From NCBI GenBank assembly GCA_029561305.1, contig JAKQJG010000128.1, positions 9,318 to 73,317 on the forward strand: 64,000 bases of DNA, in the 5' to 3' direction. The stretch is from Bacteroidota bacterium. Lineage in GTDB: Bacteria > Bacteroidota > Bacteroidia > Chitinophagales > Chitinophagaceae. The position numbers were made by a program, and so were the translations under genes. The notes beneath the pieces were generated by a model. That model searched no databases, was not told the DNA's origin, and saw nothing but the letters and a program-made list of their open reading frames with translations. Below are positions 57,840 to 64,000 of the stretch, piece after piece. The stretch's first letter is position 1. Every line of letters starts with the position of its first letter.

Positions 57840-58862
57840 ATGAAAAGAAAAGATTTTCTTTCTGCCTTACTCCCTGCAGCGGCTTTGTTGCAACCGTTCA
57901 CCTCACTGGCAGGTACACACGAAGATGAAAATGCTGTGGCAGTTATTCCGCCTTATTTAAAAAAAGGAGACTTGATCGGTATCAGTAGTCCGGCTGGTTA
58001 TATTACGCTGGAAGATGTGCAGCCAGCCATACAAAAATTGAAAGAATGGGGATTTAATGTAAAAGTTGGCAGCACGGTTGGTAAAAAGGATTTTACGTTT
58101 GGCGGTACCGATGAAGAACGGGCAAAAGACTTTCAGCAAATGCTGGATGACAAAATAATCAAAGCCATATTGTGCGCAAGAGGCGGATACGGTATTGTAA
58201 GGATCATTGATACAATTGATTTCACTAAATTTATACAAAAGCCCAAATGGATACTTGGCTTTAGCGATGCCACTGTACTTCATAGCCACATAAATAAGAA
58301 CTTTGGCATTGCATCTATCCACTCAAAAATGTGTAACAGTTTTCCTGCTGACTGGTTTATTGCAGATGCTGTACAAAGAGAAACGATCAACAGCATCAGG
58401 AAATGCATCAGCGGCGAAAAAATGCAGTATGAATTTCCCGCCAACACAAAAAATAAAACGGGAATTGCCGAAGCTGTATTGACTGGCGGAAATCTAAAAA
58501 CCATTGAAAGCCTGGCAGGAAGCAAAAGTGATATCAATACAACAGGCAAGATCCTGTTTGTGGAAGATACCGGTGAATATTTATATAGCATTGACCGGAT
58601 GTTCTGGAACCTTAAACGAAGTGGCAAGCTGGACAAATTAAAGGGCCTGATCATCGGCGGTTTTAAAAATAAAAAAGATGATGAAGGAGATGAGTTTGGT
58701 AAAACGCTGGAAGATATTGTACTGGAGAAAACAAAGGAATTTAAATATCCAGTGTGTTTTGATTTTCCTGTGGGGCACCAGAAAAATAATGTTGCATTGA
58801 AGTGTGGTGTACGGCACAGGTTGAAAGTAACAACAGATGGTTGCTTATTGAAGGAAATATAA
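57840..58862 (+). CDS. LD-carboxypeptidase (S66) with export signal
   Basis: MKRKDFL Tat-like leader; GFSD (Ser), FVED (Glu), VGH (His). Confidence 0.92.
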   Translation: MKRKDFLSALLPAAALLQPFTSLAGTHEDENAVAVIPPYLKKGDLIGISSPAGYITLEDVQPAIQKLKEWGFNVKVGSTVGKKDFTFGGTDEERAKDFQQMLDDKIIKAILCARGGYGIVRIIDTIDFTKFIQKPKWILGFSDATVLHSHINKNFGIASIHSKMCNSFPADWFIADAVQRETINSIRKCISGEKMQYEFPANTKNKTGIAEAVLTGGNLKTIESLAGSKSDINTTGKILFVEDTGEYLYSIDRMFWNLKRSGKLDKLKGLIIGGFKNKKDDEGDEFGKTLEDIVLEKTKEFKYPVCFDFPVGHQKNNVALKCGVRHRLKVTTDGCLLKEI

Positions 58863-58867
58863 ATTTG

Positions 58868-58875
58868 TATATTTG
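58868..58875 (+). promoter_or_regulatory. -7 promoter box for the TA module
   Basis: TATATTTG, 14 bp upstream of ATG 58890. Confidence 0.55.
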
Positions 58876-58889
58876 ATAAAATCTTTTGT

Positions 58890-59108
58890 ATGGTTGTAGT
58901 TGAAAAAATAAGCAAGGAAAAAATCACTATATCCTTTTCCGGGGTAGTAGGGAGGAAGGGGCTGAACAATATAAAACGATATATAGAATTTCTTGAAGCA
59001 AGCGGCATCCCTAAAAAGAAAGAGGTATCTCCGGCTATTATCAAGAAACTATCAGACGAAATAAATAAATCTGCTGCTGAGAAATTCAAAAAAGCAAAAG
59101 GATTTTAA
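58890..59108 (+). CDS. Putative antitoxin
   Basis: 72 aa; stop overlaps the PIN start (TAATG). Confidence 0.7.
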   Translation: MVVVEKISKEKITISFSGVVGRKGLNNIKRYIEFLEASGIPKKKEVSPAIIKKLSDEINKSAAEKFKKAKGF

Positions 59109-59548
59109 TGATTATTATTACGGATGCCAATATTATCCTTAGTGGTATCATTAACCCATACGGAATCATTGCTTCCTTGCTGATCCAGGAACACCCGGGC
59201 ATAAATTTCATGACTCCTGAATATGCCTTGTCAGAAATCAATCTTCATAAGAAGAGAATTTGCACTAAACAAAAAATTAAACCGGTGGAATTTGATATCC
59301 TGCTGGATAAATTTTTAACCAATATAACGCTGGCCGGCAATGATACTGTGACGGAAGACATCTACAGGCAAGCAGAAGAGATCACTTCTCCAATAGACAC
59401 TAATGACACCTGGTATATTGCTTTTTGCATTGCCTTAGATGCATTATTGTGGACAGGGGATTTGAAACTGCATTATGCACTCCGCAAACAACAATTTTAT
59501 AAAAGCATCATTACTGCTGAATTTAATTCAATTCTAAAAGGCATATGA
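59108..59548 (+). CDS. PIN-domain (VapC-like) protein
   Basis: IITDANII, E, DTNDTWYIA, LWTGD acidic PIN residues. Confidence 0.88.
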   Translation: MIIITDANIILSGIINPYGIIASLLIQEHPGINFMTPEYALSEINLHKKRICTKQKIKPVEFDILLDKFLTNITLAGNDTVTEDIYRQAEEITSPIDTNDTWYIAFCIALDALLWTGDLKLHYALRKQQFYKSIITAEFNSILKGI

Positions 59549-60456
59549 TAACCATTCCGCCATACCTAAAAAAAGGCGCTACCATCGGCATCACCTGCCC
59601 TGCAGGCTATATGCCAATAGAAAAAGCACAAACCTGTATTGATACTTTACAACAGTGGGGTTTTACTGTAATGGTGGGCAAAACACTCGGCAGTAACTCC
59701 AACAATTATTTTTCCGGAACAGATGAAGAACGCCTGTTTGAATTACAGGCGATGCTTGACAGTGAGGAGATCAATGCCATTCTTTGCGGCCGTGGTGGTT
59801 ATGGGTTAAGCCGTATTGTTGACAAACTGGATTTTACAAAATTTAAAAAGAAACCGAAATGGGTGATCGGCTATAGTGATATCACTGTGCTGCATTGCCA
59901 CCTGCATACAAAATTAAAAATCGCTTCCCTGCACGCTCCGATGGCTGCAGCATTTAATGATGGAGTAAAAGGAAATGTGTTTATTGAATCCCTGCACAAA
60001 GCCATTACAGGTAAAAAAGCCAACTATAAATCCGGTGTGTATTCATTTAACAAAGCTGGCAAGGCGCAGGGTGTATTGGTGGGTGGAAATTTAGCCTTAC
60101 TGGTAAACATGATTGGCACTAAATCGGAATTGACAACAAAAAACAAGATCCTTTTCATTGAAGATATTGGTGAATATATCTACAGTACCGACCGTATGAT
60201 GATGCAGTTAAAACGCAGCGGAAAATTAGACAATCTTGCCGGACTGGTAGTTGGCAATTTTACTGACACAAAAGACACTGAACGGCCATTTGGGGAAACT
60301 GTTTATCATGCCATATATAACTTAGTAAAGGAGTATGAGTACCCGGTTTGTTTCAATTTTCCTGTAGGTCATTCTAAAGAAAACTATGCATTAAAAACCG
60401 GTATTCACTATCAGCTGAGCGTCACCAGCAAATCAGTATCCCTCATTGAAAAATGA
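59545..60456 (+). CDS. LD-carboxypeptidase (S66), cytoplasmic paralog
   Basis: GYSD, FIED, VGH triad; no leader peptide. Confidence 0.92.
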   Translation: MITIPPYLKKGATIGITCPAGYMPIEKAQTCIDTLQQWGFTVMVGKTLGSNSNNYFSGTDEERLFELQAMLDSEEINAILCGRGGYGLSRIVDKLDFTKFKKKPKWVIGYSDITVLHCHLHTKLKIASLHAPMAAAFNDGVKGNVFIESLHKAITGKKANYKSGVYSFNKAGKAQGVLVGGNLALLVNMIGTKSELTTKNKILFIEDIGEYIYSTDRMMMQLKRSGKLDNLAGLVVGNFTDTKDTERPFGETVYHAIYNLVKEYEYPVCFNFPVGHSKENYALKTGIHYQLSVTSKSVSLIEK

Positions 60457-60518
60457 CAACAATTTGGTAACATCTAATTATTGGGAAGCGCTTTTTTATC
60501 ATTATAACTTTGTGAAAA

Positions 60519-61898
60519 ATGAACAAACTTTCACAACCGGAGTTGTGGGAAAAAATTCAAAACTTCAATTTCGATGACCAAAATTCAAGTTACCCCTTCT
60601 CCAAAAAATTAGCAACCGAAAACAACTGGTCAGATCCTTTCACTCAAAAAGCCATTGCAGAATACAAGAAATTTATTTTTCTCTGCTGCATCTCTCCCAC
60701 TGGCGCTTCTCCTTCCGAAACTGTAGACAAAGTATGGCACCTGCACCTGACTTACACTAAGAATTATTGGGAAGAATTTTGCCGGAAAACGCTGCAACAG
60801 GATATTCATCACCACCCAAGCAAAGGCGGCACTGCGGAAAAAACAAAACACCGCAACTGGTACAGCGAAACACTCAGCATGTATGAAACTGTTTTCAAAA
60901 GCAAGCCTCCGGTTGACATATGGCCGCCGGATAACGAAGCAGCACCGGAAGCAATAACCGACGCCATCTATGACAAAAAATTTTTAACGCAGTTTGTTCT
61001 GATTTTCTTGTCGGCAGTGTTACTGCTCATCTTTATATTAAATCCTTATCAGTCAAAGGGCCCTGAATTTTTAGAGTTTTACTGGATGGTGGCAGTTGGC
61101 GGTATCATCATTACTTTAATGCTTCAAAAAAACAAAGATGCCCGCCTGCAGGAAATCGTTTTTGCTAACCTGCCGGCCGGTTTCAATCTTTATCAAATCA
61201 CCCATTTTGTGCAGGGTCCGCACCGCTGCTATCAAACGGCCCTGGTTGATCTGTTGAAAAGAGGCATCATCGAAACTACCGGAAACGGGTACACTTTGAT
61301 AGAACTTCCTTCTTCTTTACACGAAGCAGAAAAGAATCCATTGCTGGCATCGTTGATCAGTAATTACCACAACGGTAAAAAATTCAATTACCTCGAAGGC
61401 TATGCACAGATGGATTTCGATTCAGTACAGCATCCTGCTTTTGAAAAACTGCTGCAGCTGTCAAAGAAAGTGGATCACCCCAAACTGATCATACCTGGTA
61501 TTGTGTTGCTGACAGGAATTATAAGACTGATGCAGGGAATAGCTAATAATAAACCGGTTGACTACCTGGTGGTCACTATGCTGGTTTTTACAATGCTGTC
61601 ACTTGCGATACTGCAGGCATACTCCTATACCTACACGGTAAAAAAAGGAGTGCAGGATTTTTGGGAGCGGCAAAACGCAGATGGAAAAGGCGATGATGTG
61701 CTGGGAAATTTCTCCATATTAGGTACGGCGGCCATAGCTGGTTTTGCAGAGTACAGCTTTCTTACCAGTGACTTTTCATTTTATGAGCCTCAAAATAAAA
61801 GATGGACCGGGGGAGAATACAGCAGTTCTTCTTCCTGCGGCAGCGGTGATGGGGGTGGAGGATGTGGTGGCGGCGGCTGTGGTGGATGCGGTAGTTAA
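60519..61898 (+). CDS. TIGR04222-domain membrane protein with N-terminal GRDP-like domain and Gly/Cys tail
   Basis: EYKKF..L..P...VDKVWHLH...T..YW..FC domain; TM segments; tail SSSSCGSGDGGGGCGGGGCGGCGS; TAACTTTG -7 box at 60505-60512. Confidence 0.82.
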   Translation: MNKLSQPELWEKIQNFNFDDQNSSYPFSKKLATENNWSDPFTQKAIAEYKKFIFLCCISPTGASPSETVDKVWHLHLTYTKNYWEEFCRKTLQQDIHHHPSKGGTAEKTKHRNWYSETLSMYETVFKSKPPVDIWPPDNEAAPEAITDAIYDKKFLTQFVLIFLSAVLLLIFILNPYQSKGPEFLEFYWMVAVGGIIITLMLQKNKDARLQEIVFANLPAGFNLYQITHFVQGPHRCYQTALVDLLKRGIIETTGNGYTLIELPSSLHEAEKNPLLASLISNYHNGKKFNYLEGYAQMDFDSVQHPAFEKLLQLSKKVDHPKLIIPGIVLLTGIIRLMQGIANNKPVDYLVVTMLVFTMLSLAILQAYSYTYTVKKGVQDFWERQNADGKGDDVLGNFSILGTAAIAGFAEYSFLTSDFSFYEPQNKRWTGGEYSSSSSCGSGDGGGGCGGGGCGGCGS

Positions 61899-61900
61899 TA

Positions 61901-62764
61901 TCAACGCAGCAACAAACTATCCAGCTTTAATTTAAACAACGGATAGTCATTCAAATTACGATGCGTTCCTCCTTCAATGGTCACAAACTCATCGGTAACT
62001 TTTAAAACTTCTTTCAATCTACTGGCATTACGGTAAGGGATCACCCCATCATCTGTGCCATGAAAAATAGTGATGGGATACCTGATGCCACTTAAAAATT
62101 CGTACGTGGGGATTTTATAACTCGCCATCCGGCTGTTGGGGTAAATGGGTGCATAGCAATTGTACAGTGAAGGGATGCTGTAGTAAGGTGTTTCTAAGAT
62201 CAGCCGCTTTGCTTTACCGGCTGCTGCGGTATAAGCAGCGATGCCTGTTCCTAAAGATTTGCCATAAATAACAATGCTGTCGGCCGCATATTTTGAAAGG
62301 GCCAGTTTATACAATTGCGTTGCCTGTTCATACAGTATTTTTTCTGTTCTGTTACCTACGCTTTTTCCAAAACCCGGGAAGTCCCCCATCCATACCTCAT
62401 AGCCATGTTTGGTAAAATTATTTACAAACCTTACGTAACGTTTAATATTACCCCTGTTGCCGTGAAAGTAAAGAACCACACCTTTTCGTACGGAATCTTT
62501 TGGAAAAAACTGTACCAGGTTAACGGTATCTGTGTCATTCATGGGCAGGTCAACCTCTTTAAAAGGGATATCAAATTGCCAGGGCACAGTTCTTTCAATG
62601 GCTGTGGGGTGAAATAAAAATTTTTCCTGCAGGTAAAACAAGGCGATGCCAATAGCAGAGTACAGCAATACAATTACTTTGATCCAGCGAAACAGTTTTC
62701 GGCCTAACCCTCTTTCTCCCTTCCCTAAAGGAAGGGAGCGGTGCTTCAAATCTTTATTAATCAT
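61901..62764 (-). CDS. Alpha/beta hydrolase (ABHD13/17-like)
   Basis: YFHGN, GKSLG nucleophile, FHGTDD, GGTH. Confidence 0.9.
   Translation of the reverse strand: MINKDLKHRSLPLGKGERGLGRKLFRWIKVIVLLYSAIGIALFYLQEKFLFHPTAIERTVPWQFDIPFKEVDLPMNDTDTVNLVQFFPKDSVRKGVVLYFHGNRGNIKRYVRFVNNFTKHGYEVWMGDFPGFGKSVGNRTEKILYEQATQLYKLALSKYAADSIVIYGKSLGTGIAAYTAAAGKAKRLILETPYYSIPSLYNCYAPIYPNSRMASYKIPTYEFLSGIRYPITIFHGTDDGVIPYRNASRLKEVLKVTDEFVTIEGGTHRNLNDYPLFKLKLDSLLLR
62701..62739. repeat. In-frame palindromic repeat in the hydrolase N-terminus (encodes SLPLGKGERGLG)
   Basis: GGCCTAACCC-TCTTT-CTCCCTTCC-CTAAA-GGAAGGGAG-C; same tail-plus-hairpin layout as the metG repeats. Confidence 0.7.
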
Positions 62765-62839
62765 CTTATCTTCCACTTGAACATTTTTAATTTATTGAGC
62801 TTACAGGAGAGGTCTTCTCTTGAAACAGATATGGAGCAT

Positions 62840-63586
62840 TTATATTGCCAAAATATCTCTTAAAAAATTATGATACTCCGGAAAAGAGGGCAAGTTATTA
62901 TGCCCGCCACCTTCTATCCTTATCAGGGTAATTTTTCTTGGATTCAGTTCCTGCAACTGCTCACTTTGGCTCACCGGTATCAGCCAGTCTTTGGTACCAT
63001 GAATAATATAGGTATGGCAATTGACTCTTTTGATCCATTTATCGGTACGTAAATGAAAGCGTAATACAAACCGCATCGGCAGAATAGGCAAAAACCGTTG
63101 CACCGTTTTTTTGAAATTAAAATAGGGCGCATCTAAAATTAAATACCTGGGTTTGTTATCACTCGCAATTTTTGTTGCAAAGCCACTGCCCAGGCTCCTG
63201 CCATACACCAGTATATGATTTTCATGATAGGTAGCAGCCAGTGTATCATAAACAAACTGCATATCATTCAGCATATCTTTTTCATTACGCTTGCCGGTGC
63301 TTTTGCCAAAACCACGGTAGTCTACCAGCACCACATCATATTGATATCTTGAAAAATCCTTGGCATATTTTGCCCACCCTTTTATGCTGCGGCTGTTGCC
63401 ATGAAAATATAATACCAACCCATGTGGACGGGTACAATAAAAATGTAAGCCATTTATCCTGACGCCTTCTTCCACATCAAAAAACAATTCTTTAAAGGGC
63501 ACATCATATTTATACTGGAAATTCTGTTTCAGTTTTTCCGGCTTAAAAATAAAACGCTCCTGTAAAAAGTAAGCAAGCCCGAGCAA
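62840..63586 (-). CDS. Alpha/beta hydrolase paralog; start codon uncertain
   Basis: YFHGN, GRSLG, IHGTKD, GGGH; the frame stays open up to 63640 with a hydrophobic anchor but no ATG. Confidence 0.85.
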   Translation of the reverse strand: MLGLAYFLQERFIFKPEKLKQNFQYKYDVPFKELFFDVEEGVRINGLHFYCTRPHGLVLYFHGNSRSIKGWAKYAKDFSRYQYDVVLVDYRGFGKSTGKRNEKDMLNDMQFVYDTLAATYHENHILVYGRSLGSGFATKIASDNKPRYLILDAPYFNFKKTVQRFLPILPMRFVLRFHLRTDKWIKRVNCHTYIIHGTKDWLIPVSQSEQLQELNPRKITLIRIEGGGHNNLPSFPEYHNFLRDILAI

Positions 63587-63634
63587 TACAATGTAGCCAA
63601 TGATGATATAAATGATGGTGGAGGAGATCTTGTA

Positions 63635-63664
63635 AAAAGTTTAAGGTTTAAAGTTAAAGGTTTG
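63635..63664. repeat. Heptamer repeat, half copy of the 18708-18783 family
   Basis: AAAAGTTTAAGGTTTAAAGTT is identical to 18718-18738. Confidence 0.75.
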
Positions 63665-63806
63665 TAGCAAAGACTGCCCGCTAACTTTTTTGAAAAACCG
63701 ACGCAGCATACAAGCTGTCTTTTTAAGCAATCGATATTATAAACTGCCTGGAAACAAAAACATAAATACTGTTCTTGTCGTGAAGTAATGTTTGTTAATT
63801 TTTACA

Positions 63807-64000
63807 TCAACCATCCATTGATTTCTTCCATGCCTCCGTTCCTCCTGTCAAATTGTACAAATTATTAAATGGAAATTTATCCTGTAATTTTTGAATGGCG
63901 ATCTGGCTGCGGATCCCTTTCCGGCAATATACAATAACCGGCCTGTCTTTTTGTATTTCGGAAATATGGGATATAACTTCTGCTAATGGCATCAATGCAC
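63807..64000 (-). CDS. Partial (runs off right edge) rhodanese C-terminus, probably of a MoeB/ThiF-rhodanese protein
   Basis: PVIVYCRKGIRS...NLYNLTGG..AW; parent family inferred. Confidence 0.75.
   Translation of the reverse strand, partial: ALMPLAEVISHISEIQKDRPVIVYCRKGIRSQIAIQKLQDKFPFNNLYNLTGGTEAWKKSMDG

Noticed and set aside
58280-59089. 269-aa minus-strand ORF
   Set aside because: Antisense to the LD-carboxypeptidase and antitoxin genes; no motif.

Overview
Chromosomal window from a Bacteroidota genome, probably Chitinophagaceae. This assignment is inferred from T9SS cargo proteins, TAnnTTTG -7 promoter boxes, and the MntH-USP, FadN and MetG architectures. It holds about 50 mostly housekeeping genes (ridA, mntH, mazG, wza/wzz, glyA, uvrA, dsbD, purQ, fadN, metG, bglX, two ECF sigmas, two LD-carboxypeptidases) and no rRNA, tRNA or CRISPR that I could detect. 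The most striking signal is a family of GC-rich palindromic repeats (about GGCCTCCC-N3-6-CCCTCC-AAA-GGAGGG) found only inside coding sequences and always in frame. Two inverted copies bracket an intact DUF559/Vsr-like nuclease domain inserted into MetG right after the anticodon-recognition Trp. A second inverted pair without the nuclease sits in the MetG linker, and single copies lie in uvrA and in an alpha/beta-hydrolase. This looks like a REPtron/MITE-like element built on a PD-(D/E)xK nuclease rather than a HUH transposase (inference). Separately there is a canonical REPtron (RAYT between inverted REPs), a five-gene operon combining a PspA-like protein, an SBP-OmpA fusion and an ABC importer, a PIN toxin-antitoxin module between duplicated LD-carboxypeptidases, candidate MntR and NrtR operators, and several short-period intergenic repeat families.
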